NCBI GenBank assembly: GCA_949358305.1
Contig: OX442314.1
Coordinates: forward strand, 8,866,001 to 8,930,000
Origin: Strigamia acuminata
Lineage: Eukaryota
Reading direction: 5' to 3'
Length of the DNA stretch: 64,000 bases
A model generated the notes under the pieces. That model ran no database searches. It was not told the DNA's origin and saw nothing but the letters and a program-made list of their open reading frames with translations. Position 1 is the stretch's first letter. Each line of letters starts with the position of its first letter. Positions 27,370-40,200 of the stretch are shown piece by piece. The translations under genes were made by a program, and so were the position numbers.

Positions 27370-30344
27370 TCACGAAGGACAATGCCGCACCGCATACTTC
27401 CCCACCTGCAGATCCGTTATGGACAACTTGAACCGGTTGCCGTCGTGCCGCTTCAGCACAACTTCGCTCGTATTAATCGCCGTTATGTGGGCGCTGCAAA
27501 ACAAAAACAAAAAACAAAACAAAATATCAAAACCCAAATTCCAACTGCACACAATTCCGACACAAATTGCAGGTAAATTCAGCTGCAACCTGTTAATAAC
27601 GACAAACGAACGAACAAAACAGCCACAAAAGTTAAATAAGGAAAGAAAGGAAATTAAATGATGGAAATGAAGTTGTGAGAAGAACTCACAGGAGAGGAGA
27701 ATCCTCCTTATTCTCAATGATGATGTGATGTCCTTTACAGAAAGATTGGCCTTCAAACAACAGTTTGCCATCGGCAAACCGCGCATTGTATTGATTTTCT
27801 TCGCTTCGATAAGTATCTGAATTAAGCAAATGGAATTAGAAACAGCAACATTGAAAACAAATCAAATTATTCGATTCAATCAAATTCAATTATTCAAATT
27901 CCGAAAATTTTACTCCTTTTTTTTGTTTATACTCGCATTTTCAGCGGCGCATTATGCTAAAGTGGGACAAAAAAAGTGAATATTCTATTGTTCAATTTAA
28001 AAATGCATCGCTAAACATAAAAATGCATTGTTTAGGCACAAAAATTCATTGTTTAGCTAAAAAATTCATTTTATAGCTTAAAAATTCATTTTATAGCTTA
28101 AAAGTGCATTGTTTAAGCAAAAAGGTGCATTGTTGAGACACAAAATGCATTGTTTAAGCACAATAATGCATTGTTTAGGCACAAAAATTCATTTTTTAGC
28201 TTAAAAATGCATTGTTTAAGCACAAAGGTGCATTGTTGAGACACAAAATGCATCGTTTAAGCACAATAATGCATTATGAGAGCACAAAAATCCATTGTTA
28301 ATCACAAAAGTGCATTCTTTAGGTTAAAAATGCAATTTTAGGTGCAAAAATGCATTGTTTAGAACCAGAAATGCAATTTTTTAAGTCAAAATGCATTGCT
28401 AAATAGAAAAATGAATTTTTTAAGCAAAATAATATATCGATATGTGCAAAAATGACATTGTTTTATACAAAAAACGTAATCATTTTGAGTTACTTTTCAA
28501 CTAATGGGGCCCCTGTAATTCACCTAACGGCTAATAAATGCACCACTGCTAATTTTGAATCATTTATACCGATCGAAAAAAAGATAAATAAAAATCGTTG
28601 TGTCTGAGATTGACATTTGTGAGTGAATCAGTGTTGCTATTGTTTGTAATGATGGGTAATAAATAATAAAATTAACAAAACGACGCATGATTTTTTTGGT
28701 TTTTCTCAGCTTCACGACACTTGCACAAACAGTCAATTGGATTACGTCATTCGACTTACATTCACATTTTCGTTTGCTCGCCTTCAAAGCCTGTGGAGTT
28801 GTTTAGAAAAATGTTAACATGTTAAAAATGATTTTTTTTGCTTTTTTTTTTATTTTCTTTACTTATTTTTTATTTTATTTTTTTTTTTTTATAAATAAAA
28901 TACCTTCCTAATGGCTGTCCAATCCTCCAGTATGTCGTTTTCGTGCAACATGTAAACGATGTATGGTCCGGAAACGGTTACGGGTTTCTTTCGTTTGTCG
29001 GGGTTCGTTGAGTCTGTTTTTCTGCGATTCTTTTTGTGATTTGCTTGTTCGTTTTTCAAATCTAGAAGAATGATAGAAAATTTCAATGTTTGAATTGTTT
29101 GAAAAATGTTAATTTAAATTGAAAAACTAAACTTTTAGTGGATTAATATAGTTTTTTAATGGGAAATATTTGATTTTTACCCTAAAAATTCGATTTTTGT
29201 CCTAAAAATTCGCTTTTTATTCTAAAAATTCGATTTTTCTTCGAATAACTCGATTTTTCTTCGAATAACTCGATTTTTACCCTAAAAATTCGATTTTTAC
29301 TCGAAAAACTCGATTTTTACCCTAAAAATACGAGTTTTACTAGAAAAATTCGAGCCTTACTAGAAAAATTCGAGTTTTACAAGAAAATTCGAGTTGTACT
29401 AAGAAAATTCGAGTTTTACTAGAAAAATTCATTTTTATTCGAAAAAATCAATTTCAACTAAAAAAACCTCAATTTTATCTCAAAAACCAAAATACCAGAA
29501 GTGATATCAATATTATTTTTATCCTCTTCCAATCTCCGTATTTTCTCTTCAAGTTCACTTTGTATCGTATCCCTTAAAATTGCCTTTTCACTCTTAAAAT
29601 AAAAATAAAACAAAATAAAACAAAAACCAAAAAACAAAAATCCAAAATAAAAGTAAAAATACAAAATACTTCATAATTCTGCCTCGAAGCCAACGTTTCC
29701 GCATCAAACTTATTCTGAATATTATTCAATTTAAGTTTCCTCAAAACATCTAAAAAAAAAAAATTAAAAATCATTCAAAAACTTAAAAAAAACCACAAAA
29801 ACAAACACAAAATACCAGCAACTTCAGTCCTAATTTTAACGCTCAACTTCAACTCTTCCAACGGCTGAATATATTCAGCCGCTTTCCCCGACCGCACTTC
29901 GGCTAATTTCGTATCCACTTGCGTCATCCGTTCCCTATACAACCTGCGCAACAACAATACAAAAAAAAATCAATAATAATTAATAAACCAAAATTCAATA
30001 AATAATTTTAATAATTTTAATTTTAAAAAATAAATTAAAAAATAAAAATCCACAAAAAACGGACTGTTCTTTCAGATACGAAAACTGCGTCTCCAAATCG
30101 GCCATGTCGTCCAAGCACTCTGTCCTCCTTCGCTCGCACTCCACTTCGTCCATATCTGAAACAACATTGTTGACATTAATTCATTCGTTGTCATTGTTGT
30201 GGTTGATTCGCTACCTGAGCTGTCATCTTCCGAGCCGGCCGACGTGTCCACGGAGTCGTCGTTGGTGGATTTCTCGCTCTCGAGCGTGTCTTGGTCCATG
30301 TCTTCGCCGTCGCTGTCATTCACGTCTTCTTTGATTACGGGCAT
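27370..30344 (-). CDS. BRMS1L: BRMS1-like (Sds3 family Sin3-HDAC subunit)
   Basis: Exons approximately 30344-30215, 30155-30065, 29943-29816, 29749-29670, 29592-29496, 29061-28904, 28790-28760, 27816-27689, 27493-27370. [31 protein letters not shown] and [29 protein letters not shown] motifs. Confidence 0.9.
28000..28420. repeat. Degenerate ~21-bp minisatellite (AAATGCATTGTTTAAGCACAA)
   Basis: Tandem units in a BRMS1L intron. Confidence 0.8.
29175..29445. repeat. 20-21-bp minisatellite (AAAAATTCGATTTTTACCCT)
   Basis: Tandem units in a BRMS1L intron. Confidence 0.85.
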
Positions 30345-30930
30345 TTCCCAATTCGGCCACAGACACGAGCACTTGAATGTTCGACCACCAAAGGCCTATT
30401 TTGAGTCGCGTTACTAGGAGCAGACCGAGCAGGCCGGGACTCGCTAGCAGCAGACCGATACGCAAGGTTTTAGAATTTAATTTGAAGCTATTAAAGTGGA
30501 TTTGTTTTGGAAATTTTATTTTGTGATATTTTTTTAAATATTTTTAGATTTAATTTTTGTTTTTTTTAGGAATGTGGATTGTTTGGGGAGAAAAGTGGGT
30601 AATTTGGCGGCAGTCGGGACGGTTAGGTTTAATTCACTGATTCCAGTTTGGTTGGGAGTGGGAGTTTGTATTATGTGCCGGTAGGGTTGTGCGTGGTGTG
30701 TTTGAAAGTGGACTGGAATGTGTAAGTGTTGTTTGAGCGCTTTGGTTTGATAAATAATCATTTTCAGCTCTTTGTTGATGATTAAAAACACAATAGATGT
30801 ACTCAGAGACCGTGATAAGTGAATATATATAGACTGACTGCTTTTTGTTGGGTGGGTTTCTCAGAATAACTATCGGTAAATTATTGTTTTACACTTTTAA
30901 ATCAAGATTTTGATTTTATTTTACAGGAAA

Positions 30931-33900
30931 ATGAAATTGATGATTTTTGTTTTGTTTATTTTCCACCTGACTGCAAAGGTAAGAGTCCGATTTAATTCAC
31001 TTGTTTATGTATGTTATTAGGCACGGTAAAAAAAATCTTTTAAATTGGGCTAAATTGAGCCATTGTGTAAAAATGAGTTCAAATTTGTACAAATTTGTAC
31101 AAAATTTGTGTAAAATTGTGCTGAATTTGTGTAAAATTGTGCAAAATTTGTGTTAAATTGTGCAAAATTTGTGTAAAATTGTGCAAAATTTGTGTAAAAT
31201 TGTGCAAAATTTGTGTAAAATTGTGCAAAATTTGTGCAAAATTGTGCAAAATTTGTGCAAAATTGTGCAAAATTTGTGTAAAATTGTGCAAAATTTGTGT
31301 AAAATTGTGCAAAATTTGTGTAAAATTGTGCAAAATTTGTGCAAAATTTGTGTAAAATTGTGCAAAATTTGTGTAAAATTGTGCAAAATTTGTGTAAAAT
31401 TGTGCAAAATTTGTGCAAAATTGATCCAATTACGTAAATTTGTCTAAAATTGAACCTATTTGCGTAATTTGTGTAAATTTGACTTAGGTCAGACTAATTT
31501 GTATAAAATTGGACCAAATTATGTCCATTTCTGTGATGAAATTAGTGCAAACTGTGTACAAACTGGTCAAAATTGTGTAAAATTGGGCAAAATTTTATAA
31601 AATTGCTCGAATGTGTCAATTCATGTAAACTTGAGCCACATTGTGTGAAATTTGGCCCTACCCAAATTGTGTAAAAATTGGTCGATTTTGATTAATCATC
31701 CTAACGTTAAATTAAATAAAATCCTTGAAGATGTTGGCCGAAGACACGTGTGTGTGGTATGGCCAGTGTGGTCACAATTCATTCGGTGAGGCTATCAATT
31801 GTCTCGACCACAACCCAGCAAGGCTTTTCAATCACACCGATGCTCTAATAATGCAAGAATTCAAAAACTATTGTCCAAGTTTGGCGGATGCAAATGGTAA
31901 GCATCGTTTACGTCAGTGACGTCACAACATTGATCACATTGTTAAAAAGCAACTTTTCGCAGGAGATTTCTATCTTTGCTGTGACGACGAACAAGTAAAC
32001 CATTTGATAAATGGATTGCAATTACCTCGCTACTTACTGGAAAGATGTCCAAGTTGTTGGCGTAATTTTCGCGAATTCACGTGTCAAGTCGCGTGCAGCT
32101 CCAAACAGAGTCGATTCATGATTGTGGAGAAAACGGAGCGAGTAGAGAACTGTAATTTATTATTACTACAAGAATGTATCAAAAGTGGCACGGGCAATCG
32201 TCTAGTGCTCTAGATTATTCAGATTTCGATGTAACAATGCATATAGGTGCAACAATGCATTTTATAGGTGCAACAATGTATTTTATAGGTGCAACAATGC
32301 ATTGAAAATGCAACAAAGCATTAAAAATGCAACAATGCATTGAAAATGCAACAAAGCATTAAAAATGCAACAATGCATTGAAAATGCAACAAAGCATTAA
32401 AAATGCAACAATGCATTGAAAATGCAACAATGCATTGAAAATGCAACAAAGCATTAAAAATGCAACAATGCATTGAAAATGCAACAAAGCATTAAAAATG
32501 TAACAATGCATTGAAAATGCAACAAAGCATTAAAAATGCAACAATGCATTTTATAGGTGCAACAATGCATTGAAAATGCAACAATGCATTTTATAGGTGC
32601 AACAATGCAATTTATAGGTGCAACAATGCATTTTATAGGTGCAACAATGCATTTTATAGGTGCAACAATGCATTTTATAGGTGCAACAATGCATTTTATA
32701 GGTGCAATAATGCATTGAAAATGCAACAATGCATTTTATATGTGCAATAATGCATTGAAAATGCAACAATGCATTTTATATGTGCAACAATGCATTTTTT
32801 GACCCAAAAATGATGTTTTGATATGAAGATGCATTTTTTTAGCACCGAAATGCATTTTATGGCACTAAAAGGTCCTTTCTGGCTGGACGTTAGGTATTTT
32901 TGGTGGTGTACATTGCCAATTGTTGATACATTACTTTGAATGCTTATGTTTGTGCTTTTAAAAAAAATTGAGTTGGAAATTTTTCTGAATTATTTAGCAA
33001 GCAAGGAGATGGTTTTGGGAGTGCAATATTTGGTGACTAATTTATTTGCAAACAGTTTGTTTGATTCTTGTTACAATGTCACTAATCCAACGATTGGAAA
33101 TGCTGCATTGGATTTGATGTGTGGACCATGGGATCAGCAATACTGCACACCAGAAAAATGGTTGTCTTATATGGGTGATGTAGACAATGGAGTTGCACCT
33201 TTTTCAATTAATGTCACTTTATGGGACCAAGGTGAAGTAAATTTGGATTTGAAAACTTACAGACCTATGAATTCAACAACATTCCCTTGCAATGTAGGAT
33301 TTGATGTGAGTAACTTAAGTATAATAAGATTTTTTACCTTCCGCCAGGTGTAGAGCAAATGAGTGGCATAAGCCACAACAATAACAAGGCAACATGGTGG
33401 TATTTGACTAAAATTCTATTTATTTATTTATTTTTTTGATATTTTAAATTTTTTAGTAATTTTTAGTAACTAAAAATTCTCAGGAAGAGAAATCAAGAAA
33501 TTAATAAAAATCGACTTAAAAAAATTTAAATGAATGTAACATCGGAAAGCTCGCCATGGACTTACTAAACATGTTGTGGCTTATGAGCATGCGCAAAGGG
33601 CAATACCTAGCGCAGCAGTCGGCAACAGGCAGACCGCGGTCCGGATACGGATTGCGGAAGGTCGAAACTTGGACCGGCAAAGGTGTAGGATGTAATTTCT
33701 CGCATTAATTTTTAAGAATACCTACCTATTGTGTTTTATATAATTACTTAAATGAGTCAAAAAATAAAAATTTATGAGTTTTTTTTTTCTGGACGTCGAT
33801 AAAAATTTTCAATAGTATCCGGACCCCACTTAAAATTACTTGCTGACCCCTGACCTAGCGGGAGGTAAAAAGCCTTACGCTTTTCTCTTATTTCCATGTG

Positions 33901-33960
33901 GTTTTTGTACAGGGAGGTAAACCCTGTTCTTGCAGAGATTGTGAAGCTTCTTGTCCATAG
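30931..33960 (+). CDS. Secreted protein consisting only of an NPC1-type N-terminal sterol-binding domain (252 aa, 5 exons)
   Basis: Exons 30931-30978 (signal peptide), 31731-31896 (CVWYGQCG), 31963-32151 (CCDDEQ, RCPSCWRNF), 32998-33305 (FDSCYNV, LDLMCG), 33913-33960 (PCSCRDCEASCP*); total 759 nt. Confidence 0.88.
31075..31420. repeat. 21-bp minisatellite (AAAATTGTGCAAAATTTGTGT)
   Basis: About 15 units built from 10+11-bp subunits. Confidence 0.95.
32232..32800. repeat. 19/21-bp minisatellite (GCAACAATGCATTTTATAGGT / GCAACAATGCATTGAAAAT)
   Basis: About 28 units. Confidence 0.95.
33325..33877. mobile_element. PIF/Harbinger-like MITE, interrupted by a hAT MITE
   Basis: TAAGATTTTTTACCTTCCGCCAGGT ... 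ACCTAGCGGGAGGTAAAAAGCCTTA; inner inverted pair CATAAGCCACAACA/TGTTGTGGCTTATG. Confidence 0.6.
33613..33852. mobile_element. hAT (Charlie-like) MITE
   Basis: CAGCAGTCGGCAA ... TTGCTGACCCCTG termini; perfect 8-bp TSD ACCTAGCG (33605-33612, 33853-33860). Confidence 0.85.
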
Positions 33961-34218
33961 CAGGAGACTTTGACTATATGGTTTGTTAACACAAATAAAT
34001 AATCTTTAGCTTTACTATCACAATTTTAGATTACAAAACATTTTTCCTGTAATTAACAACTATGTTGAATATTGTATTATTAAGCTTTAAAAAAAAACAT
34101 GATTAAACCTATATATTAAGAAAAACAAATTGAATTATTACATGTAATAAACCTTTCACACCGCTTAATACTGTTTTTACACATAAATCTTTCATAATTT
34201 AGAAACATTTCTTTTCCT

Positions 34219-37200
34219 TTAAACACTTTTCAATGGTTTTAATACAGGTCCATTGGTGGTTGCTTCACTGGCTGGATTCAGGGTGAAGGTCAATTGATAC
34301 TTTTTGTTTTTGTCTAATTCTCCTGTAGGAAGAGCAAATTTTTGTACTGACTCTCCATGTTTAATTTCAAACATGACCCCCTCATTCGGATCGGAGTCTT
34401 TCGCTGATTTCTTCTTTCCTTTTGTCTTCTGGGTTGGTGCTGACGAATTCTGGCTGTTTATTTTGGGCAAAATGGGAGGCATCACCCGGTTCTTTTTCAC
34501 TGCAAGCGAAGATGTTATCAGTGGTAATTTTCCAGTAATTAATTTCAGTGTTGTATCTCGTTCACTAAATTGTGAACGCGCACACATACCGCGATTTGGC
34601 ATCGCCCTGTGAATCGCGTGCAATGCTACACACATGTCGCTATTCCAGCTTTGCTATTTCAATGACATGACGTCATTCCTGATCCGAAAAACCTGCCCGC
34701 CATTTCCGTCGAAAATGTTGATGAAAGGACGTCATTTCACACAGCTCACGGATTGGCTGCGACATGAATCACGGGCGAAATAGTACTTGTCCCAAGTACT
34801 ATTTTCAAAAGTAGATTACCAACCGACGTCATCTGCACATGCGCAATGGCAACGCGATTGTGCCGCGATGCGAAATTGCGGTATGTGTGCGCCCAGCATA
34901 AAACGTTTAAAATATCATCAAAACCATTTGAAGTGAACAAAGTTCATTTTTCTCTTTCACTTCAAAAAGTGAATGCATTCCTTCCATCTCCTATTGTACT
35001 TACAATAAGCAACACAAGGCACACCCATGTAGCTATGTGTGGCATGATGACAATGATAAGTTCTTTCAGTGCACTGGGTGGGGTTTTGTGTCCTTCCTTT
35101 GGCTGCTTCTTTGGCTCCATCATACTGCAATAAAATAAATGATTTTTAATTTCATTGCTTGTTACATTTAATGGATTAATTTACTGAAATCCTTATGGAT
35201 TGCTGAACATTATAACCCGTAGTATCAGATAACAGTCGAAGCTGATCTGCAGACATAGTGTTTGATGTGATTAAATTAATCAATGATAACAGAGAAAAGT
35301 TTTCATTTACCATAAAGGTATCTTTCGTAGTTCCGAAAACTATAAGGTCCATCAAATCTTGTATGAACTACTGTGAGTCCTTGATGTCTGTAGTTGTTTG
35401 CCAACTTCCTTACAAGAATATCTTCTTCATTTTTGTCAGCGTTTAACTGCACTCTCTTCAACTCCAACAACTCTTGAAATATCCTACGCTCTTTCTGATA
35501 GCTGAAAATCAAACGCAACATTATTAGAAAATGCTGGAATTTTCCAACTTAATTAATCGATGATTCTGGAATCTATACTCAAAACCAATACAACATTGTC
35601 CTATTTCAAGCAGTATCACTGGTGTAGTGGCACAAAAAAGTAGCCCATAACACAAGAATTGTAATGCTTTGACACAGAACTACTTGTCCGCGTAGCAGAG
35701 CACAGTCCACAGTTAGGCGTAATTTGACTCGGAAATAGGTCAATGTTATATTGGTTTTGAGTATAGTTAATAACTTGAACGAGGTTTGCAGGGTCACCAA
35801 GGCCGAATTGGTCTCTGTCACACCAATACTTTGGGAGATTACCTATACTTCCAGATCTCGCTCGTCTCGTAATCTCGGTCTTGAAGATCTCGGTCCTTTT
35901 TAGTCTCAGGATCATGGTCTCGGCTAAACAAGATTTCATTATTACGAGATACAATAAAAAACGTACAACTCAGATTACGAGTTGTAACGTGATTTTTATG
36001 TTTTTTTATTGTTTTTTTGTTTGTCTCGGTCTCATACGAGATCTCGTCTCGGGACCTTTCGATCTCGTCTCGGAAAACCGAGACTTGAAAACGGCCGAGA
36101 TGCTGGAAGTATAGAGATCAACATCCTTTGGCGGAGAATCACAGGGAGGTGTTGGGGTGGCTGATATTTTTAGCCCAGGGTGTTTCAAAAGCATCTGATT
36201 TATTTTGAAATTTTAATAAATTTTTCAAATTGTCTAGAGCTTGGTTTCTCAAACCGTCGGGCGCGTCTCATTGGTGGATCACGAGCCGAATTTTGGTGGG
36301 GCGCAAAGCAATTTTGGCGAGACATAATGTATTTAAAACCTTCAAGTTTAGACAAATTCAGTCCAAGCATTTCACTATCATCGGAGTTTCTCGTCTATTT
36401 TATTGCCTCTGAATTATTTTATGCTTAGCTGCTAAAGTCTGTTTTAGAGTAAGTATGGCACTCCTCCTATTGGCTGATGGAGTATAGAGCATCTTCATTG
36501 GCCATACACCACGTAAAAGACTAGTTCACAGTTATACCTAGGTTATACTGGGGAAGCACATCTAGCGCGACAACAATGTACCGCAACAAGCCGGCTAAAA
36601 AAATGGTTTTTATCAAAAAACCAGTAAAGTTAGGTTTGCGGGGGGTCAAGGGGGGGCGCAGACCCCCTTGTTAGCCCTTCTTAGGAATTAAACCTAAAAT
36701 ATATGTAGTCGCAGTTTCCAAAGTCGCGGTAGATTTGTGCCGCAGTAGATTGTTTTGCGCTAGATGACACGCCTCGTTATACTATTGTTATGTGGCCTCC
36801 AGCCAATGAGAATGCTGTATATTCCATTAGTCAATAGGAGGAGTGCCATACTTAAACTGAAACAGACTTCAGTCAACATGTATCACTGAAAAAATTCAAT
36901 GCGCTACGGATGAAGTGGGTCGCGATAGATTGCCTTTGTTAAAAGTGTGCCGTAATGTTAAAAAGTTTGAGAACCTCTGGTCTAGAGACTTTGAGAACAC
37001 CCTGCATTAGGATGGTCCTGATCGGCTGACAATGTTAGGAACAACAACTCCACCAGAATCATCCACTTCTTTCCTTCATACTTACAGTCTATTATTGTAA
37101 GCCATCTGTGAACTGGACGACAACGAACTTCTCTTATCAATCCCCGTCTTTGGCCTAAATATTGTCTTATTCTTGCTCTTGCTCCTCTTTGACACAATCA

Positions 37201-40200
37201 TCTGTCCACCACTGCTTCCATTTTCCATATAACCCTTTCCAATCATACTATTCCTTGACCCATTACTCTCAGAATCACCCGCTTTCTCTTCTCGACTCTT
37301 TCTATTCCTACTCCCCTTTCCGATAATGCTATTCCTCGATCCAATACTCTCCGTATCAACAACCTTCTCATCTCTTCCCTTCCTACTCCTACTCCCCTTT
37401 TCTTTGGCAGCTTCATTGTCTTCATCACTATCTGAAACTGCTACAGTGGCACGAGCTTCTTTGATCCCGTCTTTCCTTCCTTTACTTCTTCGGGGCCGTC
37501 TCTTGACAATCTCTCCGTTATCGATAAAAGTGATACCGGCCGGTGAACTGCAAATGAAGGCAATAAATATTAAATACCTAGAAGGCCACAACATGTAACA
37601 GCAAAAAAAGCTCAGCTCAGAAGTGATAGACGAATGTAAACAAGTGTTCACAGAAGGAGTGCTGTGCCCACAGAACGGCGGCGGTGATTGTATTCCAATA
37701 CAATTAGAAAGCCAGCAGCAGCTGTTGTGTGTTTTTACTCCAGCAATCCCACACAAGATATTTAACCCTACCTCAAAACATCAGAGTCATCTGCATCGGA
37801 TCGTCCATAAACCCGATTATTATCACTGAACCCAGAATCCTTCACCGATAGACCGATGGAAATGGTATCCTCCGATATAACGCTCGGTGTTCCGCTAGCT
37901 TTTTTCACATTGCTTCGTTCATTCACCGCCGGATTAATGTCGGCTTCTACTTGGAGTGAATCTTTCTCCTCCTCTGGGATATTTTCCAGCCGTCTACCGG
38001 GTACTTGCAGTGCTCCAGTGGGCAGAACAATGCCATCCTCATTCTCCTGATCGGATTCTTGGATAATCTCTTTCTGAATAGTGATGGATTCTGATAAGTA
38101 ATCCGTCTGGATGCTTTCACTCTTGCTCTGGATGCTCTGTTGGTCTTCTTGTGGTCCTGGTTCACTGATGGTGTCACTAAATAAGATTTGCTACAATATA
38201 CCTCAGACAGTTTAATTGTGAGTTTTTGTGGCAGGGGGATTGGGGGATTCTCTTTGGAGGTTTTCCAATATATTGTGGCTTGCTGAAGATATTCTTATTG
38301 ATTGAGCACTGTCATTGTTTCAAATGTGTTTTTACCTCTCTTGATACCTTGCACTCATCTCAGTATTAATTAATCTTACAATATATCTATTTCTGTCTCC
38401 TACAATGTGAACCTGGAGGATCTGTGATGTGTGAACAAGGGGTACACAATAATCGTAACCCCAGAATGAGCTAACAAGAACTCCTGAACGGTCCCAATAG
38501 GTCCAAATTGTTGCAATTGTGTAAATATAATTTGTAGATTTTCTAACATGTACAGTGAAACCTGGCAGAAAGCAGCCACTCCGGCATGGCAATCTGGCAA
38601 TGTGACACACTTTTATTAGGGAATGGAAATTGGGAGGACCCAAGTAGCAAGTAATATTGGCCCATAATTGGTTTTAAATTGGCTGTAATATTGGGTAAAT
38701 AATAAAATGTTAATGTTAATGTTAAATGTCTTGGAGTAGTTTAAGCGTGAACCAAGGATAACATGGACATGTAGCCGTGCATTATTATCTATAGATTCGT
38801 TGTTCTGTGCGCTGATTGGATGACAGTAATCACATGTCATGCATTGCTTGCCAACTAAGTATGTTTGTTACCTGTTGTCATCCCAGAGTACAGTGCGTTC
38901 AGGCCCACCTTTACCATTGGGCTAACTGGGCTGCAGCCCAGGGGCGCCGGGCACGGGGGGGGGGGGGGGGGCGCCAAGCACAGGGGCTCAATGGGCACAG
39001 AAGGGCGCCGGGCAAGGGGCACCTGAGTTTTATTAGCCTAGGGCGCTGAAAAGTGTAAAGACGGCCCTGAGTGCGTTTATATATTATGTGGCGCCATCGG
39101 TGGCAAAACGCACTGAACATGCGGATACATGTCCAAGTTCACCTTGGTTCGTGGTTTAAGGTACAATACAAAAAGATATTGGGCTCATGTTGGCGATATA
39201 GTCAACCGTCCCAATGTTTACGCTGTACAGATTTCTTTACAAAACCAATATTTACTCCCTGCTTGGAGAAGTGCTTATCTGTAAATAAAGGTTTAAACTT
39301 GGGAATGTCACTTCTCATGCTCAGACTGTTTTTGACACAAAAGAATGTGCGGTGTTTAATTTGCCGGAAGAGTAACGAAGTGGAAGCTTTGCACAGGTTT
39401 CTCTGCAAAATCTTTTACTCCGATTTCTTACCTCATCCGCACACGTTCACTTCCAATCTTCTGTGCTGGTGTTCCACCATGAAGTTGTAAATAATTTGCG
39501 CAACCACGGTTTCCTCTGAACAGTGCAGCATCTAATGGAGTCATCATCTGACCCTAGAAAAAGTTTCAAGTTGTTTGCTTCAATAACTCCAACATCATCA
39601 TCAATTGTTTATATTAATAAAATGCATAACAGATGGGACTACACTAAAATCTTCCAGATTATAGGCCTAACTGGTTTGAAGATCACACATTCTGTGATTT
39701 AGTAATATGAAACTATATTTGGCCTATTTGAGACAAAAATGTAATCAGTTCAGTTGTTAATACAAAAACCGTATTTTATCGTTTGAGAGCTGCGGCTCTT
39801 ATGCTGGGCGCACACATATCGCGATTTCGCGTCGCGTCGCGATCGCGTTGCCATTGCGCATGCGCAGGTGACGTCATTTCCTTCGCGCCGGTTCGAAATC
39901 TACTTTTGGAAATAGTACTTGTTCCACGTACTATTTCGCCCGCGATTCATGTCGCAGCCAATCCCGTGAGCTGTTTGAAATGACGTCATTTCTTCAACAT
40001 TTTCGGTTGCTGTGTGAATGCTGTGGAATGACGTCATAAGATTGAATTCGCAGAACTGAAATAGCTACATGTGTGTAGCATTGCGCGCGATTTACAGCGC
40101 AATTTCGCTTGCGAAATCGCGACGCGCCGCGAAATCGCAGTATGTGTGCGCCCAGCATTGAAACTGCATTTTTATCAGCAATTACAATTTCTGTTTTTCG

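Noticed and set aside
31050..32769. Repetitive ORFs (HKFCTIL, CIVAPIK), and similar ones at 8843, 26842-27175 and 62915-63343
   Set aside because: They are translations of minisatellites with unit lengths divisible by 3, open on both strands, and lie in introns or between genes.
38332..39408. ORFs 39202-39408 and 38332-38643 as extra ankyrin-gene exons
   Set aside because: The phase-2 donor at ~39432 joins cleanly to 38176; the intervening acceptors examined mostly lead to early stops and none is needed.
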